Part shown: positions 26,742-35,478 of the stretch, in pieces | Position numbering within the stretch: the stretch's first letter is position 1 | Layout: each line of letters begins with the position of its first letter | IMG/VR virus record: IMGVR_UViG_2541047681_000006 | Reading direction: 5' to 3' (one strand) | Source: a virus | Taxonomy: Duplodnaviria; Heunggongvirae; Uroviricota; Caudoviricetes | DNA length: 46,617 bases | Notes under the pieces: model-generated | Database searches by the model: none | What the model was told of the DNA's origin: nothing | What the model saw: the letters and a program-made list of their open reading frames with translations, nothing else | Translations under genes and position numbers: made by a program

Positions 26742-28236
26742 TCTTTCACACATTATTGCCGCAGCATTCAATGAACCGCTGCTTCTGGAGCCCGCCTATG
26801 CGCGGGTTTTCTTTTGCGCGCTCGGGCGCGAGATGGGGGCAGCAAGTCTTTCGGTACCACAACAGCAGGTACAGTTTGATGCTCCCGGAATGCTGGCTGA
26901 AACGGACGAGTACATGGCCGGAGGTAAACGACCGGCCCGTGTTTACCGGGTGGTGAACGGTATTGCTGTACTGCCGGTGACCGGCACGCTGGTGCACCGG
27001 CTGGGTGGTATGCGGCCATTTTCCGGAATGACAGGCTATGACGGCATTGTCGCCTGTCTTCAGCAGGCAATGGCGGATAGCCAGGTGCGGGGCGTACTGC
27101 TGGACATTGACAGTCCGGGCGGGCAGGCCGCCGGCGCGTTTGACTGCGCTGACATGATTTACCGCCTCCGTCAGCAGAAGCCGGTCTGGGCACTGTGCAA
27201 TGACACGGCCTGTTCTGCAGCCATGCTGCTGGCGTCGGCCTGCTCCCGACGGCTGGTTACCCAGACATCCTGTATCGGCTCCATTGGCGTGATGATGAGC
27301 CATGTCAGCTATGCCGGTCATCTGGCGCAGGCCGGTGTGGATATCACGCTGATTTACTCAGGGGCGCACAAGGTGGATGGCAATCAGTTTGAAGCGTTGC
27401 CGGCAGAGGTTCGCCAGGACATGCAGCAGCGGATTGATGCGGCGCGCCGGATGTTTGCCGAAAAAGTGGCGATGTATACCGGTCTGTCTGTTGATGCCGT
27501 CACGGGAACAGAGGCTGCCGTTTTTGAAGGTCAGTCCGGCATTGAGGCCGGGCTGGCGGATGAATTAATCAATGCGTCGGATGCCATCAGTGTGATGGCC
27601 ACGGCGCTGAACAGTAATGTCAGAGGAGGCACTATGCCGCAATTAACTGCAACGGAAGCCGCCGCGCAGGAGAACCAGCGAGTGATGGGGATCCTGACAT
27701 GCCAGGAAGCGAAAGGACGTGAACAGCTTGCCACGATGCTGGCAGGACAACAGGGCATGAGCGTTGAACAGGCCCGGGCGATTCTGGCCGCGGCGGCACC
27801 GCAGCAGCCGGTGGCATCCACGCAGAGTGAAGCCGATCGCATTATGGCGTGTGAAGAAGCGAACGGTCGTGAACAACTGGCGGCAACGCTGGCGGCGATG
27901 CCGGAGATGACGGTGGAAAAAGCCCGCCCGATCCTGGCTGCTTCACCGCAGGCGGATGCCGGACCATCACTCCGTGATCAGATCATGGCACTGGATGAGG
28001 CAAAAGGGGCTGAGGCGCAGGCTGAACAGCTGGCTGCCTGCCCGGGAATGACAGTGGAGAGCGCCCGGGCTGTGCTGGCTGCGGGATCAGGTAAGGCAGA
28101 ACCGGTCTCTGCATCCACAACCGCCATGTTTGAACATTTCATGGCGAACCATTCACCGGCAGCGGTACAGGGTGGCGTGGCACAGACGTCAGCAGACGGT
28201 GATGCGGACGTGAAAATGCTCATGGCCATGCCATGA
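26731..28236 (+). CDS. C: head maturation protease / scaffold gpC (with nested Nu3-like scaffold region)
   Basis: 501-aa ORF (GTG start at 26731) matching lambda gpC, S49/ClpP-like N-terminal protease domain; C-terminal region carries three tandem copies of a motif present once in lambda. Confidence 0.9.
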   Translation: MRRNLSHIIAAAFNEPLLLEPAYARVFFCALGREMGAASLSVPQQQVQFDAPGMLAETDEYMAGGKRPARVYRVVNGIAVLPVTGTLVHRLGGMRPFSGMTGYDGIVACLQQAMADSQVRGVLLDIDSPGGQAAGAFDCADMIYRLRQQKPVWALCNDTACSAAMLLASACSRRLVTQTSCIGSIGVMMSHVSYAGHLAQAGVDITLIYSGAHKVDGNQFEALPAEVRQDMQQRIDAARRMFAEKVAMYTGLSVDAVTGTEAAVFEGQSGIEAGLADELINASDAISVMATALNSNVRGGTMPQLTATEAAAQENQRVMGILTCQEAKGREQLATMLAGQQGMSVEQARAILAAAAPQQPVASTQSEADRIMACEEANGREQLAATLAAMPEMTVEKARPILAASPQADAGPSLRDQIMALDEAKGAEAQAEQLAACPGMTVESARAVLAAGSGKAEPVSASTTAMFEHFMANHSPAAVQGGVAQTSADGDADVKMLMAMP

Positions 28237-28272
28237 AGTCAGTGCTGACCATCAATAGGAGGTTTTTACAAT

Positions 28273-28620
28273 ATGGTGACGAAAACCATCACTGAACAGC
28301 GTGCGGAAGTACGTATTTTTGCCGGTAATGATCCGGCTCATACCGCCACAGGCAGCAGCGGGATTTCCTCGCCAACACCGGCACTGACGCCCCTGATGCT
28401 GGATGAAGCCACCGGGAAACTGGTGGTCTGGGACGGACAGAAAGCCGGTAGTGCGGTTGGCATACTGGTACTGCCGCTTGAAGGCACAGAGACGGCGCTG
28501 ACGTATTACAAGTCGGGAACCTTTGCGACGGAGGCAATCCACTGGCCTGAAAGTGTGGATGAACACAAAAAGGCCAACGCCTTTGCTGGCAGTGCCCTGA
28601 GTCACGCGGCGCTGCCGTAA
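28273..28620 (+). CDS. D: head decoration protein gpD
   Basis: 115-aa ORF matching lambda D (DPAHTAT...TPLMLD...KSGTF). Confidence 0.9.
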   Translation: MVTKTITEQRAEVRIFAGNDPAHTATGSSGISSPTPALTPLMLDEATGKLVVWDGQKAGSAVGILVLPLEGTETALTYYKSGTFATEAIHWPESVDEHKKANAFAGSALSHAALP

Positions 28621-28677
28621 CACGTTATCAGGCCACCGCGGTGGCCTGACTGATTTCTGAATGAAAGGAACTGATTT

Positions 28678-29706
28678 ATGGGATTGTTTACGACCCGCCA
28701 GTTACTCGGTTATACCGAACAAAAAGTTAAATTTCGTGCGCTGTTTCTGGAGCTGTTTTTCCGCCGTACGGTGAATTTCCATACCGAAGAGGTGATGCTG
28801 GACAAAATTACCGGAAAAACGCCGGTGGCGGCCTATGTCTCCCCGGTTGTTGAAGGAAAAGTGCTGCGTCATCGTGGTGGTGAAACCCGCGTGTTGCGTC
28901 CGGGCTACGTCAAGCCGAAACACGAATTTAATTACCAGCAGGCGGTTGAGCGCCTTCCTGGTGAAGATCCATCTCAACTGAATGATCCGGCTTACCGCCG
29001 TCTGCGTATCATTACCGATAACCTCAAACAGGAAGAGCACGCGATTGTCCAGGTGGAAGAAATGCAGGCGGTAAATGCTGTGTTGTATGGCAAATACACC
29101 ATGGAAGGAGACCAGTTCGAGAAAATTGAGGTCGATTTTGGCAGGTCGACGAAGAATAACATCACTCAGGGTAGTGGTAAGGAGTGGTCAAAACAGGATC
29201 GTGACACGTTCGATCCTACACATGATATTGACCTCTACTGCGACCTGGCCAGCGGTCTTGTGAATATTGCCATTATGGACGGTACCGTCTGGCGTCTTCT
29301 GAATGGTTTTAAGCTGTTCCGCGAAAAACTGGATACCCGTCGCGGTTCAAATTCTCAACTCGAAACGGCAGTGAAAGATCTGGGCGCAGTGGTGTCCTTC
29401 AAGGGGTATTACGGCGATCTGGCCATTGTGGTGGCGAAAACGTCTTATATAGCAGAAGACGGTATCGAAAAACGTTATCTTCCAGATGGCATGCTGGTTC
29501 TGGGGAATACTGCTGCAGATGGGATCCGTTGTTACGGTGCCATTCAGGATGCTCAGGCGTTGTCCGAAGGTGTGGTGGCCTCTTCCCGTTATCCGAAACA
29601 CTGGCTGACGGTAGGGGATCCCGCCCGTGAATTTACCATGACGCAGTCCGCGCCGCTGATGGTGTTGCCGGACCCGGATGAGTTTGTGGTGGTACAGGTG
29701 AAATAA
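28678..29706 (+). CDS. E: major capsid protein gpE
   Basis: 342-aa ORF matching lambda E along its length. Confidence 0.95.
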   Translation: MGLFTTRQLLGYTEQKVKFRALFLELFFRRTVNFHTEEVMLDKITGKTPVAAYVSPVVEGKVLRHRGGETRVLRPGYVKPKHEFNYQQAVERLPGEDPSQLNDPAYRRLRIITDNLKQEEHAIVQVEEMQAVNAVLYGKYTMEGDQFEKIEVDFGRSTKNNITQGSGKEWSKQDRDTFDPTHDIDLYCDLASGLVNIAIMDGTVWRLLNGFKLFREKLDTRRGSNSQLETAVKDLGAVVSFKGYYGDLAIVVAKTSYIAEDGIEKRYLPDGMLVLGNTAADGIRCYGAIQDAQALSEGVVASSRYPKHWLTVGDPAREFTMTQSAPLMVLPDPDEFVVVQVK

Positions 29707-29714
29707 TCCGTGAG

Positions 29715-29743
29715 CGGGGGCGAAATGCCCCCGTGTCTTTTTT
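29715..29743 (+). terminator. hairpin plus T-run after the major capsid gene (possible attenuator)
   Basis: CGGGGGC-GAAAT-GCCCCCG stem-loop followed by TGTCTTTTTT, between E and FI. Confidence 0.4.
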
Positions 29744-29757
29744 CACAGGGGGCTGAT

Positions 29758-30132
29758 ATGGCAACGAAAGAGCAAAATCTGAAACGGCTTGATGAACTGG
29801 CCCTGATTCTGGGGCGTGAGCCGGATATATCCGGGAGTGCCGCAGAGATAGCGCAGCGGGTGGCAGAATGGGAAGAGGAAATGCAGTCATCCGGCGATGA
29901 TGTACAGGTTATGAATATGGATATCCGGGAGCGGGAAACCGCGGCTCATGATGTTCGTGAGGAAACATCCGGCGCGTTAACGCGCATCAGAGTTCTGACC
30001 TGCCTCCATCTCTGTGGCGTTGATGGTGAAACGGGGGAATCCGTTGAGCTTGCGGATGTTGGTCGGGTGATTCTGATTATGTCCTCAGATGCAAAAACAC
30101 ACGTTGATGGTGGAATGGCTGTTTATGCGTGA
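29758..30132 (+). CDS. FI: DNA-packaging protein gpFI-like
   Basis: Position between E and FII; start set at ATG 29758 (MATKEQNLKRLDELALILG...); sequence similarity to lambda FI is weak. Confidence 0.6.
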   Translation: MATKEQNLKRLDELALILGREPDISGSAAEIAQRVAEWEEEMQSSGDDVQVMNMDIRERETAAHDVREETSGALTRIRVLTCLHLCGVDGETGESVELADVGRVILIMSSDAKTHVDGGMAVYA

Positions 30133-30478
30133 TTTTCAGAATGCCTTTGATGCCGCCCTTGCCGGGGTGGACAGTACGATTGTTGAAGTGATGGGCATCA
30201 GTGCGCAGTTCACCTCCGGTGCACAGCGTGGCGGCGAGGTTCATGGCGTTTTTGACGATCCGGAGTCGCTGGGTTTTGCCAGTAGTGGGATCCGTATTGA
30301 AGGAAGTAACCCGTCATTATTTGTGCTTACGGATACGGTTTGTGCTGTACGGCGTGGTGACACGCTGACCATTAACGGCGAGATGTTCTGGGTGGACCGT
30401 GTTTCTCCGGATGACGGAGGGAGTTGTTATCTCTGGCTCAACCGGGGGCAACCACCTGCCGCCAGCCGTCGCCGCTGA
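30125..30478 (+). CDS. FII: head-tail connector gpFII
   Basis: 117-aa product from ATG 30125 matching lambda FII (WVDRVSPDDGGSC.LWL). Confidence 0.85.
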   Translation: MRDFQNAFDAALAGVDSTIVEVMGISAQFTSGAQRGGEVHGVFDDPESLGFASSGIRIEGSNPSLFVLTDTVCAVRRGDTLTINGEMFWVDRVSPDDGGSCYLWLNRGQPPAASRRR

Positions 30479-30489
30479 AAGGGGGATGT

Positions 30490-31068
30490 ATGGCCATAAA
30501 AGGTCTTGAGCAGGCCGTTGAAAACCTCAGCCGTATCAGCAAAACGGCAGTGCCTGGTGCCGCCGCAATGGCCATTAACCGCGTTGCTTCATCCGCGATA
30601 TCGCAGTCGGCGTCACTGGTTGCCCGTGAGACAAAGGTACGCCGGAAACTGGTAAAGGAAAGGGCCAGGCTGAAAAGGGCCACGGTCAAAAATCCGCAGG
30701 CCAGAATCAAAGTTAACCGGGGGGATTTGCCCGTAATCAGGCTGGGTAATGCGCGGGTTGTCCTTTCGCGCCGCAGGCGTCGTAAAAAGGGGCAGCGTTC
30801 ATCCCTGAAAGGTGGCGGCAGCGTGCTTGTGGTGGGTAACCGTCGTATTCCCGGCGCGTTTATTCAGCAACTGAAAAATGGCCGCTGGCATGTCATGCAG
30901 CGTGTGGCCGGGAAAAACCGTTACCCCATTGATGTGGTGAAAATTCCGATGGCGGTGCCGCTGACCACGGCGTTTAAACAGAATATTGAGCGGATACGGC
31001 GTGAGCGTCTTCCGAAAGAGCTGGGCTATGCGCTGCAGCATCAACTGAGGATGGTAATAAAGCGATGA
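30490..31068 (+). CDS. Z: tail completion protein gpZ
   Basis: 192-aa product from ATG 30490, near-identical to lambda Z (MAIKGLEQAVENLSRISKTAVPGAAAMAINRVASSAISQSAS). Confidence 0.9.
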   Translation: MAIKGLEQAVENLSRISKTAVPGAAAMAINRVASSAISQSASLVARETKVRRKLVKERARLKRATVKNPQARIKVNRGDLPVIRLGNARVVLSRRRRRKKGQRSSLKGGGSVLVVGNRRIPGAFIQQLKNGRWHVMQRVAGKNRYPIDVVKIPMAVPLTTAFKQNIERIRRERLPKELGYALQHQLRMVIKR

Positions 31069-31460
31069 AACATACTGAATTCCGTGCAGCCGTACTGGAT
31101 GCACTGGAAAAACATGACACCGGGGCGACGCTTTTTGATGGTCGCCCCGCTGTTTTTGATGAGGCGGATTTTCCGGCAATTGCCGTTTATCTCACCGGCG
31201 CTGAATACACGGGCGAAGAGCTGGACAGCGATACCTGGCAGGCGGAGCTGCATATTGAAGTTTTCCTGCCTGCTCAGGTGCCGGATTCAGAGCTGGATTC
31301 GTGGATGGAAAGCCGGATTTATCCGGCGATGAGCGATATCCCGGCACTGTCAGATTTGATCACCAGTATGGTGGCCAGTGGCTATGACTACCGGCGCGAC
31401 GATGATGCGGGCCTGTGGAGTTCAGCCGATCTGACTTATGTCATTACCTATGAAATGTGA
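31065..31460 (+). CDS. U: tail terminator gpU
   Basis: 131-aa ORF matching lambda U. Confidence 0.9.
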   Translation: MKHTEFRAAVLDALEKHDTGATLFDGRPAVFDEADFPAIAVYLTGAEYTGEELDSDTWQAELHIEVFLPAQVPDSELDSWMESRIYPAMSDIPALSDLITSMVASGYDYRRDDDAGLWSSADLTYVITYEM

Positions 31461-31812
31461 GGACGATATGCCAACACCAAATCCTCTGGCACCGGTGAAA
31501 GGGGCCGGAACCACACTGTGGGTTTATAACGGGAGCGGCGACCCTTATGCAAACCCGCTTTCAGACAATGACTGGTCGCGTCTGGCAAAAATTAAAGACC
31601 TGACGCCCGGCGAACTGACCGCTGAGTCCTATGACGACAGTTATCTCGATGATGAAGATGCGGACTGGACCGCGACCGGGCAGGGGCAGAAATCCGCCGG
31701 AGATACCAGCTTCACGCTGTATGAGACGACAATAACTCAGTCCGCCTGGCGCCGATTATTCTGGCCGGTTTTGTAACCTGAGTGTCATTTACATGATCCA
31801 ACAGGAAATGGC

Positions 31813-33312
31813 GTGACGCTCAATACTTCTCAGGTCAGTTACTATATGACTCAGCGTAAGAAAGGTATAACTCAGCATATCTCGGCCATGAAGGCTGGTA
31901 TCTCAGTCCGTTCTGGTCGTCGGATCGAAAAAGGAGAGTGGGCAAAAAACAGTGTTCGGCACTGGCGCACACGCAAAGATCCTCTGGAAGCTGTGTGGGA
32001 CAGCATGCTTGTTCCTCTGTTGAAAGAGAGGCCGGCTCTGACACCAACAACTCTGCTGGAGATGCTACAGGATAAATATCCCGGCCAGTACCCCAACAGC
32101 CTTCGAAGAACAATGCAACGGCGGGTCCGCGAATGGAAGCTACAGTATGGTGCAGAGCAGGAGGTCATGTTCCGCCAGCGACATCAGCCCGGTCTGCGAG
32201 GTCTGTCGGACTTTACTGAACTGAAAGGTGTAGTTGTCACCATCGCCGGTAAGTTGTTGGCGCATAAGTTGTATCACTTCCGTCTGGAATGGAGCCACTG
32301 GAGCTGGATGCGGGTTGTGCTGGGTGGTGAGAGCTTCTCTGCTCTGGCTGAAGGTCTGCAGGAAGCCCTCGGACAACTGGGCGGAGTGCCGGTAGAACAT
32401 AAAACGGACAGCCTGAGGGCAGCATGGAAACAACAGGGCGAAGATGGACGCCGCGAGCTGACTGAGCGTTATGCTGCTCTCTGTCAGCACTACGGAATGC
32501 AGGGCGTACACAATAATGCCGGTCGGGGCCACGAAAATGGCTCGGTTGAAAGTGCCCACGGACATCTGAAAAGGCGTATCTGTCAGGCGCTGATACTGCG
32601 GGGCAGTAACGACTTCAGCACCATAGAAGAATATCAGGCCTTCATCACTCAGCAGGTTATGCGGCACAACCGTAACAATCAGGATCTGGTCAAGGAAGAA
32701 CGTCTTCATCTGAAACCGCTGCCGCTTCGTCGCAGTGCTGACTATGATGAGCTGACTGTGAGGGTTAGCCGCAGCAGTACCATCAATGTGAAGCACGTCG
32801 TCTACAGCGTACCTTCCCGGCTTGTAGGTCAACTGTTACGGGTCCGGTTATGGGACGATCGTCTGAGCTGTTACGTTGGCAGCAGCGAGGTCATGAGCTG
32901 CCCACGTGTCAGACCAGAAAAAGGGAAGACGCGGGCCCGTCGTATCGACTTCCGACATGTGATCGACAGTCTGGCAAAAAAGCCCGGTGCGTTCTGCCAT
33001 GCAACGCTGAGAAATGACATCCTGCCAGACGATGAATGGCGGAGGCTGTGGCGTCGCTTATGTAATCATCTGGAACCCGACATGGCAGGCAGGCTGATGG
33101 TACATGCTCTGAAACTGGCTGCAGGATACGACGATATCTCAGTCGTGGCAAAAGGTATGGAGCAGATGCTGAATACCCCGGGAAACGTGGATCTGCACCG
33201 GCTGATGCGCTTCCTGGGTATAAAGGAAAAGGCGTTGCCGGTAGTCAATGTGAAACAGCATAACCTGAGCAGTTATGAGCAACTACTGCGTGGCAAGGGA
33301 GGTTCGCAGTGA
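31813..33312 (+). CDS. istA: IS21-family transposase IstA
   Basis: 499-aa ORF (GTG start), overlapping istB by 4 nt; IS21-family organisation; later ATG start at 31846 also possible. Confidence 0.8.
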   Translation: MTLNTSQVSYYMTQRKKGITQHISAMKAGISVRSGRRIEKGEWAKNSVRHWRTRKDPLEAVWDSMLVPLLKERPALTPTTLLEMLQDKYPGQYPNSLRRTMQRRVREWKLQYGAEQEVMFRQRHQPGLRGLSDFTELKGVVVTIAGKLLAHKLYHFRLEWSHWSWMRVVLGGESFSALAEGLQEALGQLGGVPVEHKTDSLRAAWKQQGEDGRRELTERYAALCQHYGMQGVHNNAGRGHENGSVESAHGHLKRRICQALILRGSNDFSTIEEYQAFITQQVMRHNRNNQDLVKEERLHLKPLPLRRSADYDELTVRVSRSSTINVKHVVYSVPSRLVGQLLRVRLWDDRLSCYVGSSEVMSCPRVRPEKGKTRARRIDFRHVIDSLAKKPGAFCHATLRNDILPDDEWRRLWRRLCNHLEPDMAGRLMVHALKLAAGYDDISVVAKGMEQMLNTPGNVDLHRLMRFLGIKEKALPVVNVKQHNLSSYEQLLRGKGGSQ

Positions 33313-34064
33313 GCAATATCCATCACCTTGAACGCAGCCTGCGTAAACTACGCCTGACACGAGTTGGAGCTGAATGGCACGCTCTGGAAAAACGAGCACT
33401 GGCAGAAGGCTGGACACCATCGCGCTATCTTCTGACGCTATGCAATGAAGAACTCCTGTGGCGCGAGAGTGAAAAACTGCGTCGTTATAAAAAGGAGGCC
33501 CGGTTGCCAGTTGCCAAAACGCTAAGCGAATACGACTTCAGTCAGGTGCCGGAACTGAATGGAGCTCAGTTCCGGCAACTCTGTGAAACGACAGACTGGG
33601 TTGATGCAGGAGAAAACGTTCTGCTGTTCGGAGCCAGCGGGTTGGGGAAAAGCCATCTGGCGGCAGCGATCGTGGATGGCGTAGTAGGCCAGGGCTACCG
33701 GGCCCGGTTCTACAGCGCAGGAGAGTTGTTGCAGGAACTACGTAAAGCCAGAGCGCAGTTGAAACTGAATGAGCTGCTACTGAAACTGGATCGCTACCGG
33801 GTGATAGTGGTGGATGATCTTGGCTATGTCAAACGCGACAGCGCCGAAACGGGAGTACTGTTCGAGTTAATAGCGCATCGCTATGAACGTGGGAGCCTGG
33901 TGATAACCAGTAACCATCCGTTCAGCATGTGGGGCAGCATCTTCGTGGATGAGACTATGGCGGTGGCGGCGGCAGACCGGCTGATCCATCACGGATATAT
34001 GTTCGAACTGAAAGGTGAAAGCTACAGGAAAAAGACAGCGAAGGCAGTAACAAGCGCGACTTGA
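33309..34064 (+). CDS. istB: IS21-family ATP-binding helper IstB
   Basis: 251-aa ORF with Walker A (GASGLGKSH) and Walker B (VIVVDDLGY) motifs. Confidence 0.85.
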   Translation: MSNIHHLERSLRKLRLTRVGAEWHALEKRALAEGWTPSRYLLTLCNEELLWRESEKLRRYKKEARLPVAKTLSEYDFSQVPELNGAQFRQLCETTDWVDAGENVLLFGASGLGKSHLAAAIVDGVVGQGYRARFYSAGELLQELRKARAQLKLNELLLKLDRYRVIVVDDLGYVKRDSAETGVLFELIAHRYERGSLVITSNHPFSMWGSIFVDETMAVAAADRLIHHGYMFELKGESYRKKTAKAVTSAT

Positions 34065-34639
34065 TGTCGCACTGAAGGGTGCGGCCAGTATAGTTGGCGC
34101 GAGTCGGCAAAACTAGTTGACGTCTAATAACGCTGGCGTGGATGCCCGGAGAGCAGGGGCAGCAGGCGCTGCTGGCGTGGTTTAATGAAGGTGATACCCG
34201 TGCCTATAAAATCCGCTTCCCGAACGGCACGGTCGATGTGTTCCGTGGCTGGGTCAGCAGTATCGGTAAGGCGGTGACGGCGAAGGAAGTGATCACCCGT
34301 ACGGTGAAGGTCACCAATGTGGGCCGTCCGTCAATGGCAGAAGATCGCAGTACGGTGACGGCGGCAACCGGTATGACCGTGACGCCTGCCAGCTCCTCGG
34401 TGGTGAAAGGGCAGAGCACCACGCTGACCGTGGCCTTCCAGCCGGAGGGCGCAACTGACAAGAGCTTCCGTGCGGTGTCAGCGGATAAAACAAAAGCCAC
34501 CGTGTCGGTCAGTGGTATGACCATCACCGTGAACGGCGTTGCTGCAGGCAAGGTCAACATTCCGGTTGTATCCGGTAATGGTGAACTTGCTGCGGTTGCA
34601 GAAATCACTGTCACCGACAGTTAATCCGGAGAGTCAGCG

Positions 34640-35062
34640 ATGTTCCTGAAAACCGAATCATTTGAACATAACGGCGTGACCGTCACGCTTTCTGAACTGT
34701 CAGCCCTGCAGCGTATTGAGCATCTCGCCCTGATGAAACAGCAGGCAGAACAGGCGGAGTCAGACAGCAACCGGCAGGTTACTGTGGAAGACGCCATCAG
34801 AACCGGTGCTTTTGTGGTGGCGATGTCCCTGTGGCATAACCATCCGCAGAAGACAAAGCAGCCTTCCATGAATGAAGCCGTTAAACAGATTGAGCAGGAA
34901 GTGCTTACCACCTGGCCCGCGGAGGCAATTTCTCATGCTGAAAACGTGGTGTACCGGCTGTCCGGTATGTATGGGTTTGTGGTGAATGATGCCCCTGACC
35001 AGGCAGAGGACTCCGGGCCTGCAGAGCCTGTTTCTGCGGGAAAGTGTTCGACGGTGAGCTGA
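34640..35062 (+). CDS. G: tail assembly chaperone gpG
   Basis: 140-aa ORF matching lambda G; slippery heptamer GGGAAAG near its 3' end. Confidence 0.9.
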   Translation: MFLKTESFEHNGVTVTLSELSALQRIEHLALMKQQAEQAESDSNRQVTVEDAIRTGAFVVAMSLWHNHPQKTKQPSMNEAVKQIEQEVLTTWPAEAISHAENVVYRLSGMYGFVVNDAPDQAEDSGPAEPVSAGKCSTVS

Positions 35063-35478
35063 GTTTTGCCCTGAAACTGGCGCGAGAGATGGGGCGACCT
35101 GACTGGCGCGCCATGCTTGCCGGGATGTCATCCACGGAGTATGCCGACTGGCACCGCTTTTACAGTACCCATTATTTTCATGATGTTCTGCTGGATATGC
35201 ACTTTTCCGGGCTGACGTACACTGTGCTCAGCCTGTTTTTCAGCGATCCGGATATGCATCCGCTGGATTTCAGTTTGCTGAACCGGCGTGAGGATGACGA
35301 AGAGCCTGAAGATGATGTGCTGATGCAGAAAGCGGCAGGGCTTACCGGAGGCGTCCGCTTTGACCCGGACGGAAATGAAGTTATCCCCGCTTCCCCGGAT
35401 ATGGCGGGCATGACGGAGGATGACGTAATGCTGATGACAGTATCAGAAGGGATCGCAGGAGGAGTCCGGTATGGCTGA
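34640..35478 (+). CDS. GT: tail assembly chaperone gpG-T (programmed -1 frameshift product)
   Basis: Slippery site GGGAAAG at 35038-35044; the -1 frame continues as VFDGELSFALKLAREMGRPDW... (lambda gpT) to 35478. Confidence 0.75.

Larger units (their letters stand above)
31720..34129 (+). mobile_element. IS21-family insertion sequence (istA + istB)
   Basis: Two overlapping ORFs (IstA-like transposase 499 aa; IstB-like helper 251 aa with Walker A GASGLGKSHLA) bounded by the two halves of gene V; ACGCTG is present on both sides (31714-31719 and 34130-34135), consistent with a 4-6-bp target duplication; exact ends approximate. Confidence 0.8.
31468..34624 (+). pseudogene. V: major tail protein gpV, disrupted by IS insertion
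   Basis: N-terminal fragment 31468-31719 ([14 protein letters not shown]...SAGDTSFTL) and C-terminal fragment from 34130 (..[20 protein letters not shown]..) are contiguous in lambda V ([11 protein letters not shown]); separated here by 2.4 kb carrying istA/istB. Confidence 0.85.

Noticed and set aside
32140-32832. 230-aa minus-strand ORF inside istA
   Set aside because: Antisense to the IS21-family transposase gene; no support.
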